From a virus (lineage: Duplodnaviria; Caudoviricetes), in IMG/VR virus record IMGVR_UViG_3300032086_001878, positions 1 through 53,749 of that record: 53,749 bases of DNA; one strand, 5' to 3'. Position 1 is the stretch's first letter. Each line of letters begins with the position of its first letter. The position numbers and the translations under genes are program-made. The notes under the pieces are model-generated. The model saw only the letters and a program-made list of their open reading frames with translations. It had not been told where the DNA came from and did no database searches. Positions 38,015-46,604 of this stretch are shown here, one piece after another.

Positions 38015-38464
38015 CTAAGTAAAGAACCACCAATAAGCTAAACCGCAGATACCGCCCCAAATAACTACGACAATGAATACCCAAGTTAGCATTTCCCGTA
38101 GTTCTTCTTGCTCTTTCTTCTTTATTCTCAGGGCTTCCTTACGCTGCCTTCGCATCTGTGCTTGGTAGGCCACCCAATCATCATAAAGCCCTGCACGACC
38201 ATAGAGCCTCATATGAGACTCAAGTTGTTTCTTTTGTTCCTTGAGTTGATCTAAGGCAAGAAACTCTTCGAAGTCATCCCCTGCTTTTCCTAAGACCTTG
38301 GTAAAGACGCTATTCTTTTTCTTTTCGACTTTAGCTTTTAAATCTTCTTCTGCAGAGACAAAAGCCCCTATGGATTTACCTACAGAAACTAACTCCTTGC
38401 CCTGCGATATAGCCGTCTTTATAGTAGTATAGGCCGCAGAAGCAGCCGCTATCTCCGCTAACAT
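38015..38464 (-). CDS. Coiled-coil protein with C-terminal TM
   Basis: 149-aa ORF ending in a hydrophobic helix. Confidence 0.75.
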   Translation of the reverse strand: MLAEIAAASAAYTTIKTAISQGKELVSVGKSIGAFVSAEEDLKAKVEKKKNSVFTKVLGKAGDDFEEFLALDQLKEQKKQLESHMRLYGRAGLYDDWVAYQAQMRRQRKEALRIKKKEQEELREMLTWVFIVVVIWGGICGLAYWWFFT

Positions 38465-38479
38465 CCCCTAGCCCCTGAA

Positions 38480-38680
38480 TTACAATAAAGTGATGTTCAC
38501 TTCCAACCTGTGACAGCCCCCGAAGGAGTACAGGTTCTTTGCCCTTAGATCAGCCAAGAAGGTTTCCACCTGTGTTTGGCATTCCGTTACATCATTAAAA
38601 GCCTTTGGGTAGCTGACGTAGTGGCAGTCGATACTCAACGGACTTGTGCAGATCATCGCCACTGCTACCCAAGTGTTCAT
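38480..38680 (-). CDS. Hypothetical Cys-containing protein
   Basis: 66 aa, coupled by TAATG. Confidence 0.65.
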   Translation of the reverse strand: MNTWVAVAMICTSPLSIDCHYVSYPKAFNDVTECQTQVETFLADLRAKNLYSFGGCHRLEVNITLL

Positions 38681-38823
38681 TATTTCTTCTTCTTTTTACC
38701 CTTGTGCATGTAGCCACCGCCATACGCACCCATCTTCTTGGGCTTTTCTATTTTCATGTATCCACCCATCGCCATCTTTGCTTTCGCAGGGGGATTGGAT
38801 GCACCGCATTTAGCTTTAGTCAT
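38680..38823 (-). CDS. 47-aa basic protein with GGYM repeats
   Basis: MTKAKCGASNPP..MAMGGYM..MGAYGGGYMHKGKKKKK; manually translated. Confidence 0.65.
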   Translation of the reverse strand: MTKAKCGASNPPAKAKMAMGGYMKIEKPKKMGAYGGGYMHKGKKKKK

Positions 38824-39052
38824 CTTCATCAGAAGCTTCCTTTTCAATCAGATATTCTATGGATTCTATTTTGGTAGATGCTTCATCTGTCTCGAAGAAC
38901 TCATCATACCCACGGAAAATTAGATCTTTGTCTGCAGCTTCTGCAGGAGTGATCAGTTTCTCCTGTAATAAATAATCACGGACAGCCTCAAGTGTAAGTT
39001 CTCGACCTGTCCGTTCCCTAATCGCTGCACGAATATATATTAGGTTAATCAA
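38816..39052 (-). CDS. Hypothetical protein, first gene of the packaging operon
   Basis: 78 aa, TTG start with GAAGG RBS; upstream TTGACT-N18-TACAAT. Confidence 0.65.
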   Translation of the reverse strand: MINLIYIRAAIRERTGRELTLEAVRDYLLQEKLITPAEAADKDLIFRGYDEFFETDEASTKIESIEYLIEKEASDEDD

Positions 39053-39188
39053 CCCTGTGTACCTTCTATTGTAACATTAAAGCAGGATATAAGTCAAGCA
39101 CTTAATAAAGTGGCGTACTAATGCATTTTTAGTCTAGACAAATCTGAAAAACATGGTACAATATAATTGTTAGCCGCAGGGGTTAAAC

Positions 39189-39353
39189 CTATAGTTTACC
39201 GTAGATGGCTCTTCTAATATCGTTCTTGTTAATACCTATGTCGTTAAGTTCCTTATCGGTAAGGTTCATTAACTGCCAATAATGCACTCGTCTTTGTTGG
39301 GCTGCTACCATCTTATCGAAGATAGTTTTACCCCATCGTTTAACTAATCCCAT
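39189..39353 (-). CDS. DUF1127 (YjiS-like) small protein
   Basis: LMNLTDKELNDIGINKNDI matches L..L.D..L.DIG..R.DI; AAGGAG RBS; TGCTATAAT upstream; not in the ORF track. Confidence 0.75.
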   Translation of the reverse strand: MGLVKRWGKTIFDKMVAAQQRRVHYWQLMNLTDKELNDIGINKNDIRRAIYGKL

Positions 39354-39400
39354 TACAACTCTCCTTATTAAAATGTTGCTAATACTATTATAGCACCATC

Positions 39401-39922
39401 TTACTGAGGGGAGTTTTGTTGTTTTAGCAAATCCGTTATGCAGGTAACCGCTAGAGGAACAGGGATCTTAAACCACTCATTAGCTTGAGATTCTGCTATC
39501 TCACTTACAGCTTCATGCGCCTGTCTTTCCAGATCCCTTCGATCATCGCTATGCACCTGATAATGTAACTGATAATCCCTAAACGGACTAGAGGTCTGAT
39601 AACTATTACATCGATCCTCTGCATCTATAGCCATGCCGACCTTAACCCAATCAGGCCATGCAGGATTAGTCAGGACATAAACATACCCTTCCTTGGTATT
39701 GCTATAGTTCTGCAGACTAGCAAATGCAGCCTCATCAAAAGACTTATATTTACCTGGCCTATACAAAGGATGCGTCTTTGGAATATACCTTCCATTAACG
39801 TACATTCTTGTATGGTTATGATCGTTATGACAGCTTTTGCAGACGTACCATTTCTTCTGAATACAGAAGTCGTGGATATTATCCCCTGCTACGAGATCTA
39901 CACCGCACTTAATGCACTGCAT
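39401..39922 (-). CDS. GIY-YIG superfamily (T5orf172-like) protein with N-terminal CxxC pairs
   Basis: GYVYVL..WVKVG..R..YQTSSP..E..H..EWF. Confidence 0.75.
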   Translation of the reverse strand: MQCIKCGVDLVAGDNIHDFCIQKKWYVCKSCHNDHNHTRMYVNGRYIPKTHPLYRPGKYKSFDEAAFASLQNYSNTKEGYVYVLTNPAWPDWVKVGMAIDAEDRCNSYQTSSPFRDYQLHYQVHSDDRRDLERQAHEAVSEIAESQANEWFKIPVPLAVTCITDLLKQQNSPQ

Positions 39923-40248
39923 CAGTCTAAATCAAATAGTCTGCCTACAGCATTGGTACTGTCTTCAATATAATTAGCTTTAGATCTGAGGGTTTCTGCC
40001 TGACGGGTTAACTCATGGGCAACCATATACAGAAACTGATAGCCTTCAGTATCCCCGTATTCCTCAATCATTTCTTCGATAACATCATCAAAGCCAACCC
40101 TGATCTCCGTAGGGTCATCTTCATCGTCACCGACATAAATAACATTCACAATATAACTATTGCCGTTTTCATCTACATCAAATTCATTTGTACAGTAAAT
40201 GGGTACGTTCAAATCAGCCTGAACAAGCTTATCTTCAAAGTCACTCAT
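39922..40248 (-). CDS. Acidic hypothetical protein
   Basis: ATG 40248; upstream TTGACT promoter containing the GGTGGCGT motif variant. Confidence 0.7.
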   Translation of the reverse strand: MSDFEDKLVQADLNVPIYCTNEFDVDENGNSYIVNVIYVGDDEDDPTEIRVGFDDVIEEMIEEYGDTEGYQFLYMVAHELTRQAETLRSKANYIEDSTNAVGRLFDLD

Positions 40249-40867
40249 CTTAGAGCCTTGAATTAGAACAGGAATCCCTGTGATATACACTTAACAACGC
40301 CACCTAACTAAGTCAAGCTTTTTAATCTACATCTAGTAACTTGACGCTTTCTAACCATAGGTTAAAACCGCAGCCGACTATGCCGTTGGTTTACAGGGTG
40401 AGAATCTAAAAAATAGGTAGGGAGTGTATACGGTAACGGTACGGGGTGGGGTGGCACATGCAACCCCTAAAAAAATAAAAAATATAGCTATTAAACCCCT
40501 GTTTTATATGGGTTTTTCTCACCTGATAACTATTAGTTATAAGTTAAAGCAAAATAAACGACTGAAAACAAAAAGAAAATTAAAAGGATTCAATTTTAGG
40601 ATTCAATTCTTTTAAATTAACAGCACTAATAAAATTAAAGCTTCGATAAAATAAAAGGAAAGAACCGCCACAAAATGAGTTGATAGTTTTTTAATAGCGT
40701 ATCGGGGCAAGCTTCGGTGTACGATTTACCACCCCTGTTAACTTTACCGCTGAGACTTAATAAGAAGCCCGTGTAATAGGGGAAAGCTTTCTTCAGGTGT
40801 TCTAATACTAGCGGCATTAATTAACGCCACTCAGTGAGCTTTAAAACAGCCCCTTTTAAGGTGGCAT

Positions 40868-40891
40868 AAAAAAAGCCCCGATTAAGGGGCT
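40868..40891 (-). terminator. Intrinsic terminator ending the early cluster
   Basis: AGCCCC-TTAATC-GGGGCT plus T-tract on -. Confidence 0.7.
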
Positions 40892-40919
40892 AATTCTTTT
40901 GAGTGATGCAGGGGTTTAG

Positions 40920-41087
40920 CTAGTCTATTTCTAAAGACTTTCTAACCACTGTGAATAGTTTGTCCTGCAATCGTTCAGTTATCTTGCAAAGCTTTAGTAT
41001 ATCTTTAGCCGTTTCTGTCCTTCCTTCTTGCGCTAAGTCATAAGCTAAATTCTGGCGCATATAATCAATAAAATCATTATCTGTCAT
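40920..41087 (-). CDS. 55-aa putative early protein
   Basis: MTDNDFIDYMRQNL..; carries the shared GAAGGAATGACCAA leader; not in the ORF track. Confidence 0.75.
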   Translation of the reverse strand: MTDNDFIDYMRQNLAYDLAQEGRTETAKDILKLCKITERLQDKLFTVVRKSLEID

Positions 41088-41144
41088 TTGGTCATTCCTT
41101 CTTTCAGTTTAAAAGGGGCAAGCTTTAACTTACCCCTGCTTTAA

Positions 41145-41396
41145 TTATTGCGGTGTATCGATTGCGCTTATCGATTGAGACTCGAAGTTACCATTAGCTT
41201 TGTAAATGGTGGCTAAAACCTGTTTAGCTGTTTTGAATTTGAAGATTAAATTAGTTTGTTTTTCTAATTCTTTCAGGGCTTCAGTCTTTGTTTTATGCTT
41301 CGTGTAGAATGCCATTTGATTCCACAATGGTGGCACGGAATAACAAAGCCATGAGCTTTTACGTTTAAAGATTTTAAATTGTTCCTGTTCTTTCAT
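41145..41396 (-). CDS. Hypothetical putative early protein
   Basis: 83 aa; shared leader. Confidence 0.75.
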   Translation of the reverse strand: MKEQEQFKIFKRKSSWLCYSVPPLWNQMAFYTKHKTKTEALKELEKQTNLIFKFKTAKQVLATIYKANGNFESQSISAIDTPQ

Positions 41397-41473
41397 TTGG
41401 TCACTTCCTTTTAACAGTTTCAGTTTGTTGCAATGTGCAACGGAATACCCCCGATAAACTCAGGGGTTAACCG

Positions 41474-41683
41474 TTAAACACTGTTTAACTTTGCAGCATG
41501 TAAAAGAACCCTTTCCCGTTCCGATTGATTAAGCCCTGCGATTACTGCAAGCACTTTGATTGCATTGCTTCGAACTTGCTCTTTAGAAAACTTTTGTTCA
41601 CGGGGCTTTCGGTTTGCTTGCCTATGTTCTTTCTTCAAGCCTAGCTTTTCGATAGTTTCGGGCTTTAGATCGTTAATATTCAT
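41474..41683 (-). CDS. Hypothetical putative early protein
   Basis: 69 aa, ATGA-coupled. Confidence 0.7.
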   Translation of the reverse strand: MNINDLKPETIEKLGLKKEHRQANRKPREQKFSKEQVRSNAIKVLAVIAGLNQSERERVLLHAAKLNSV

Positions 41684-41874
41684 TTTGCGCCCCTATCGTT
41701 AAAGTCGGTCAAAGCTTCGGTTAAAGTTGAATGATAAGAACCGTGATAAAATCCGTTATCGGTTTTATTATGAAGCCATGTAACAAACGGGGTGTATTCA
41801 TTATCGATTTTGCAAAGCACTATTTCTAGATAATCAAAGTGACCTGCTTTTCTATCAATTATAATTCTGTTCAT
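41680..41874 (-). CDS. Hypothetical putative early protein
   Basis: 64 aa, TAATG-coupled. Confidence 0.7.
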   Translation of the reverse strand: MNRIIIDRKAGHFDYLEIVLCKIDNEYTPFVTWLHNKTDNGFYHGSYHSTLTEALTDFNDRGAK

Positions 41875-42284
41875 TAAAACAACTCCGTGAAATTATATGC
41901 CCCGTCGCTATCGATATATACAAAAGCTTTTGCATTTATGTATTGACCACCACCCCAAGGGTCATTTTCACTTATGCAAGTATAAGTGGCGGTTTTATCG
42001 AATTGGTTTGCCCTGTTATAATGCCCTTTGTAAAAGCTATATTTTGCGTCTGGCTTTTTCCAGAATTGATCACCTTTTTTTAAAGATTTTAAAGCCACCT
42101 TTTTGAAGGTATCACCGTATTTATTAGCCACTAAATTATGCTTCTTTAAATAAGCTTCAAATTCTTTATCACGTTTAGCTTGTTCAACCTCTTCGCTTGA
42201 AGCTAATTCAATCTTCACGTCTTCAGATTCATCAACCATTTTTGTTAAAGCTTCGATTAAGTTAATTTGTAATTGGTCTTTCAT
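41874..42284 (-). CDS. Hypothetical putative early protein
   Basis: 136 aa; shared leader. Confidence 0.75.
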   Translation of the reverse strand: MKDQLQINLIEALTKMVDESEDVKIELASSEEVEQAKRDKEFEAYLKKHNLVANKYGDTFKKVALKSLKKGDQFWKKPDAKYSFYKGHYNRANQFDKTATYTCISENDPWGGGQYINAKAFVYIDSDGAYNFTELF

Positions 42285-42340
42285 TTGGTCATTCCTTTTT
42301 TCAGTTTCAATTCGGCATAGCTACCGCATGCCTTGCCCCA

Positions 42341-42368
42341 ATTATAATTGATTCGGTGTAATAGTAAA
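42341..42368 (-). promoter_or_regulatory. Putative early promoter
   Basis: TTTACT-N16-TATAAT with GAATC in the spacer. Confidence 0.6.
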
Positions 42369-42495
42369 GTGCTTTACTAGTGTAATTAGAAATACCCCGT
42401 AGAGCCAATATAAGCGCCACTGAGTGCCGAAACGGGTTTTAGGTATATTAGGTCATAAAAATGGCTTTCCCCTAAAAATCGGTTTTTAGCCATAT

Positions 42496-42529
42496 AAAAA
42501 AGCCCCTGAATTAAAGGGGCTTTCTTTTT
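42496..42529. terminator. Bidirectional intrinsic terminator
   Basis: AAAAAAGCCCCT-GAATTAA-AGGGGCTTTCTTTTT. Confidence 0.7.
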
Positions 42530-42546
42530 AGTTTTGTTTGTATCGA

Positions 42547-42885
42547 TTAGACGAATTTATATTCTTCTATATCAATCGGGGTTTGCCTGAAGAATGAATA
42601 GATAGCCTTTTCTATTTCTTCTTTGCTGTTACTTCGATCAATTCCCAATTCATTAATATGAACAGTAAACTTAAAATTAACACTCAAGTCACTTAAAAGA
42701 AAATCGACTTCAATTTCCTTCGCATTCATTTCTAAATTGTTAATAAGACTCAGGGCTTCGTCTTTGGTATCGAAAAGGTTCTCACCTTCCTCGTTTTCCA
42801 TACACTCCCCATATTCATCCACAACCTGAAATTTTGGTGGCGTGTAATCGTCATTTTCTTCTATTTCATATTCCATTAGAGTCAC
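42547..42885 (-). CDS. Acidic hypothetical protein
   Basis: 112 aa; shares V.DE.GE...NE.G...F.TK.EA with the upstream ORF (paralog-like). Confidence 0.7.
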   Translation of the reverse strand: MTLMEYEIEENDDYTPPKFQVVDEYGECMENEEGENLFDTKDEALSLINNLEMNAKEIEVDFLLSDLSVNFKFTVHINELGIDRSNSKEEIEKAIYSFFRQTPIDIEEYKFV

Positions 42886-43069
42886 CCCTTCCTAGAAAGT
42901 ATTCCCGATAATGCCGCCCTTGGTCTAAGGGGTTTTTCAAGTCTTTAATTACGCTTTCAGCTTCTTCTTTTGTTTCAAAAACGTTGCCTTGTTCATTTCC
43001 ATATGTTTCTCCGTTTTCGTCTTGCACTTCGTAATTAACCCACGGTATTTCTACTATTCTATATTTCAT
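42866..43069 (-). CDS. Hypothetical protein
   Basis: MKYRIVEIPW.. start at the ATGA overlap with the 43066 ORF. Confidence 0.65.
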   Translation of the reverse strand: MKYRIVEIPWVNYEVQDENGETYGNEQGNVFETKEEAESVIKDLKNPLDQGRHYREYFLGRGDSNGI

Positions 43070-43506
43070 TTTGAACCCCTTCCAAAATTTAGCATAGCCG
43101 CCAATGCAGGAACGGATTGACCCCATAAGTTTTGATTTTCACCGGTTACCCTTTTACTAACATTTATAACTAAAGCCCCGTTACGGTTCTTTTGAATTGC
43201 AACGGTATCACCTGCGGCAGCTTCTTTTTTTAAACCACTAATTGAGAAACGTTTATCTCCCCTTGTTTTGGTTTTATAAAAAGAAACTTTGCAGGGCTTT
43301 GAATTATCAAAACACCCGTCAATGGTTATCTTTTCCCCTGCTTTTAAATCGGTGTAATTAATGCCAATGCTTTCAGCTAATTCTATCACCGACTTATTGG
43401 CGTCAATAATGTGCTTGTTTAACATTGTATTGGTCAACTTAATGACTCCCGTTGTTGCGACTTTTCGCAAGTCTTCAAGAATTGATTCAACATTAAAATG
43501 TTTCAT
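43066..43506 (-). CDS. Hypothetical putative early protein
   Basis: 146 aa; shared leader. Confidence 0.75.
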   Translation of the reverse strand: MKHFNVESILEDLRKVATTGVIKLTNTMLNKHIIDANKSVIELAESIGINYTDLKAGEKITIDGCFDNSKPCKVSFYKTKTRGDKRFSISGLKKEAAAGDTVAIQKNRNGALVINVSKRVTGENQNLWGQSVPALAAMLNFGRGSK

Positions 43507-43838
43507 TTGGTCATTCCTTCTTTTTCAAGTTTAGTTTGATTTTGTGCAGCGTCTTCAAGTCGGTTCATTAGAACCGCCAAAGCGTAACCCATATCGGAAA
43601 AGCTCGCCTGTTCAGCGCATTGCCGCACGTTTTCCCAAGTATGCATTTTGTACACGGGTTGCCTTGTTTGTGGGGCTTGCGGTTCTATCGTTGTCGAAGA
43701 TCCACAAACTTTATTTTCGTTTAAGAAGTTTAAAAGGTTAGGTTTATCAGTCGGAACGTTAACCGCTGAAGCTTTTATTTTCTTTGCCGCAGCTTGTGTT
43801 CCAACCCATTGCCCCGAATTATTTACATAAAGTTTCAT
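43503..43838 (-). CDS. Hypothetical putative early protein
   Basis: 111 aa; shared leader. Confidence 0.75.
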   Translation of the reverse strand: MKLYVNNSGQWVGTQAAAKKIKASAVNVPTDKPNLLNFLNENKVCGSSTTIEPQAPQTRQPVYKMHTWENVRQCAEQASFSDMGYALAVLMNRLEDAAQNQTKLEKEGMTK

Positions 43839-43918
43839 TTGGTCACTTTCTTTTAGTTTAGGTTAAAATCGATAAAGCGAAAAAGAAGGTGGCAAAAATT
43901 GCCACCCCTTGTAATAAA

Positions 43919-44812
43919 TCAAGCCACCAATTCATGAGTCATATCCCATAGGCTTTGATTAATTCGTATGTTTTCGCTCAAGGCTGTAATGCCTTTTGCC
44001 TTGCGTTGAATCCCGTTCCAATTTTTAGCGTCTAAATGCTTATTAGTAATTGAAACGATATTTACACCGCCCTTTAAAATGCTTTCCTGAATGCGGTTAA
44101 AAGCTTTCCACGCATTGCGCCCCGTATCTTCATAGCGACTTGGACGGGCTAAATCGTTTATAGTTTCTTCAGTGTAATATAAACCCGTTTCAGGTTCTTT
44201 ATGGTCAAAGCTAAATGACTTTAAACAATCAGGGGCTTCTTTCCAACGCAAGCTTGCAGCCTGTTCAGCTAAATCTAGAATCTGCTTCACGTTCAATTCA
44301 GTTTTAGAAAGCTTTTCAACTTGTTCTGAAACTTGCGGCAACCCGTCGAGAGTCTGATTAAGAAGCTTTTCAAAGTTATTAGCCGTTGTATGGCTATGCC
44401 GCATTATGTTTTTAAAGCCTTCCCCTGCAATCATTCCGTTATCACATACAAATCGAAAGATTCCTGCAAAAAGCTTTAAAGAGCTTCGGCCATCGTGAGA
44501 GTTGTATAATAAAACTTCGGTTCTAGACTCTAGATCCGTTTTAGCTAATTCGTCTTTATGGGAAAAAGCTATTAAGTGCTTATTATACTTTTCACGCCCG
44601 TCTTTTATATTGGGCTGTTGTTTAGCCCTAGTCGGTCTATAGCCGTAATCGCTTAAAACATTCATGGCTTCAATTGTATTAACAAGCCCATAACGGTTAG
44701 ACGTTTCAGGGCTTCGAATATCAGTTAGAACCGCAGGACAATTTTCTATTACTTCACTTATTGGAAGTGCTTTTGCTTTTGCGTCAAAGCTATGCATTAA
44801 ATCATATGGCAT
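43919..44812 (-). CDS. DUF932 family protein
   Basis: LLYNSHDGRSS..AGIFRFVCDNG..W.AFNRIQE..N..LW. Confidence 0.85.
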   Translation of the reverse strand: MPYDLMHSFDAKAKALPISEVIENCPAVLTDIRSPETSNRYGLVNTIEAMNVLSDYGYRPTRAKQQPNIKDGREKYNKHLIAFSHKDELAKTDLESRTEVLLYNSHDGRSSLKLFAGIFRFVCDNGMIAGEGFKNIMRHSHTTANNFEKLLNQTLDGLPQVSEQVEKLSKTELNVKQILDLAEQAASLRWKEAPDCLKSFSFDHKEPETGLYYTEETINDLARPSRYEDTGRNAWKAFNRIQESILKGGVNIVSITNKHLDAKNWNGIQRKAKGITALSENIRINQSLWDMTHELVA

Positions 44813-44873
44813 TGGTCATTTTCCTTTTCTGTTTAGCCAAAATAAAAGGGCAAGGTGTTTACCCTTGCCCCTT

Positions 44874-44901
44874 ACAATACTTGATTCGCTTCATTAGTAA
44901 A
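44874..44901 (-). promoter_or_regulatory. Putative early promoter
   Basis: TTTACT-N16-TATTGT with GAATC in the spacer; same design as 42341. Confidence 0.55.
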
Positions 44902-44986
44902 GCACTTTGTTACGACACTTAATAAAAGGCATCAAAAACCCAAAACCAAAAAGCACAAAATCCTATTAACTGGTAAAAACTAGCCA

Positions 44987-45214
44987 TTAAAAAAGAACCT
45001 GTTCTTTATCTATAGTCATAAAAATATTGTTGCGTTTGCTAAAACACTTAATATGCAAATAAAAATTAGTCGTTTCTATTGGCTTTATAAAATTGCAATA
45101 CGTTAAAGCTTCCGAATAACTATCAAAGCTTTTTAAATGCTTTTCTTTAGTATATTTTGACGGGGTATCTTTTGTTTTTTTCGTAAAATAAACGGGATAA
45201 ATTAAATTTTCCAT
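44987..45214 (-). CDS. Hypothetical protein
   Basis: 75 aa, TAATG-coupled. Confidence 0.55.
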   Translation of the reverse strand: MENLIYPVYFTKKTKDTPSKYTKEKHLKSFDSYSEALTYCNFIKPIETTNFYLHIKCFSKRNNIFMTIDKEQVLF

Positions 45215-45981
45215 TATGCCGCCACCCTATCGAATACAAAGCTTTTACCTGAATCCATTAAATCAAACGGGCGGCATTCTGAAACTTGGCAGGGTTCAAC
45301 AATAAACAAGCCTTTTTGCTTTTTGTTTTTATTTCCCTTTAATTTTAAACCGCAAATTTTATTAAATGAATTAGCGTTTATTAAGTCGCTCTTATCCCCG
45401 TCTATAATTTCACGGCCTAGGAAATACTTTCCAACTGGTACTGAACCCCGAAATACTACAGCAATCGGAAAGCCTGTTTTCAGTGCTTCCTTAACTTGAT
45501 TCTGATATTGTGGAGTCCCTGAGTAGCTAAAAACTTTTTTATAATTCTTTAAGCCAGTGTTCAGGGTTTTTACTAGTTTTGTATAATCGTAAAAATAAGC
45601 TTGTGGAAATTGTTGCGGTATTCCTTCTTTAACCCAATTAATATCACTAATCGTATTTAATCGGAATGCAGCCTTGAAACCCTGCTTTTCAGTTTTTCTA
45701 ATAAAGGCTTCTATTTCTTTTCTAAGCTTTTCGAGAAACTTTTCACGCTCTTTTAAATACATTTCCGTTTTAAATTTACGGGCTAAATTCACAGACTCGA
45801 ACATTTCCGAAAATCCCGAATCCTTTAAGCATAACCGCATGCAATCGGCAGCTTTAGCCCCTGCACAAATGACGTTGTTAGGATATAGACTCAAGCTTGC
45901 AATCTTAAATTCTGTTCCGTTTTGGCTTTTGGCAATTTTTGAATTTGTGCCGCCAGTGTTCAATAGTTTAATATTCTTCAT
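45214..45981 (-). CDS. GP88-like protein
   Basis: C......C...CL..SG, FRLNTISDI.W, FYDYTK, IDGDKSDL. Confidence 0.65.
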   Translation of the reverse strand: MKNIKLLNTGGTNSKIAKSQNGTEFKIASLSLYPNNVICAGAKAADCMRLCLKDSGFSEMFESVNLARKFKTEMYLKEREKFLEKLRKEIEAFIRKTEKQGFKAAFRLNTISDINWVKEGIPQQFPQAYFYDYTKLVKTLNTGLKNYKKVFSYSGTPQYQNQVKEALKTGFPIAVVFRGSVPVGKYFLGREIIDGDKSDLINANSFNKICGLKLKGNKNKKQKGLFIVEPCQVSECRPFDLMDSGKSFVFDRVAA

Positions 45982-46203
45982 TTCGAAGTTTCCTTTTCAG
46001 TTTAGTTTTTGCGATTCGTTTTTGTTAATGGCGGTCAATCCATCCGAATCCCGATTAGTAAAAGCCCTTTTGATTCCTGAGTCAAACGCTTTATTAATTG
46101 GCTTTTTTATTTACTTTTTTGATTTTATTAAATTTTTTTTTCCGCACCTTATTATTGCATATTTCGTATAATTATGTTCTATATATATGGGTTATAATAT
46201 AAT

Positions 46204-46238
46204 TTGACGTGCGAGTAGTTTTAGAACAATATGGGAAC
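46204..46238 (+). promoter_or_regulatory. Promoter overlapped by an alphaproteobacterial LexA box
   Basis: TTGACG-N17-CAATAT; GAAC-AATATGG-GAAC at 46224-46238. Confidence 0.65.
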
Positions 46239-46258
46239 ATTCAAAAAGTGGGGTAAAT

Positions 46259-46438
46259 ATGATTCTTTCGCCTGACGAGGCAAAGGAACTCGGTGAGGCT
46301 TTAGTGGACGCCTCTGAAACAGTTCTACGTGCCAAAAAAGACCAGAACGTAATATTAGTTAAAGACACAGCAGTATCAGTGAATGCTGATCTTTTGATCG
46401 ATGATTGGGAACTAGTAGCCACAGTAAGCGATAGGTAA
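46259..46438 (+). CDS. 59-aa hypothetical protein (paralog of 6391-6567), putatively SOS-induced
   Basis: MILSPDEAKELGEALVDASETV...; GGGGT RBS; own terminator; not in the ORF track. Confidence 0.8.
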   Translation: MILSPDEAKELGEALVDASETVLRAKKDQNVILVKDTAVSVNADLLIDDWELVATVSDR

Positions 46439-46474
46439 GTATATAATATAGTTGACGTGCGAGTATTTTGATTT

Positions 46475-46498
46475 AGGCCCTTCGGGGCCTTTTTCTTT
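46475..46498 (+). terminator. Intrinsic terminator
   Basis: AGGCCC-TTCG-GGGCCT-TTTTCTTT. Confidence 0.85.
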
Positions 46499-46529
46499 AC
46501 CTTCCCTATACTAGTAGGACTTAGAAACT

Positions 46530-46604
46530 AAAAAGCCCCCTGTCGGGAGGATGACAGAGGGCTAGTAGGGAGGGCTAGGTAGAAATACCTGTGGAGCATT
46601 TCTA
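46530..46604 (-). ncRNA. Candidate sRNA-4 with anti-SD (CCUCCC) motifs
   Basis: Promoter TTGCTA-N17-TAAAAT (46639-46611); 9-bp hairpin; 11-bp terminator stem with ATCCTCCC loop plus T-tract. Confidence 0.6.

Noticed and set aside
38680-38823. Possible frameshift in the GGYM-repeat gene
   Set aside because: Careful re-reading gives a continuous 47-aa frame
7500-38923. Numerous + strand track ORFs within the structural region
   Set aside because: Antisense to long, tightly packed minus-strand genes; no RBS or motifs noticed
40424-40817. Track ORFs 40424-40615 and 40635-40817
   Set aside because: Low-complexity translations with no convincing RBS; region looks non-coding
46192-46422. 76-aa minus-strand track ORF
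   Set aside because: Antisense shadow of the better-supported + ORF 46259-46438, which has a promoter, RBS, terminator and paralog
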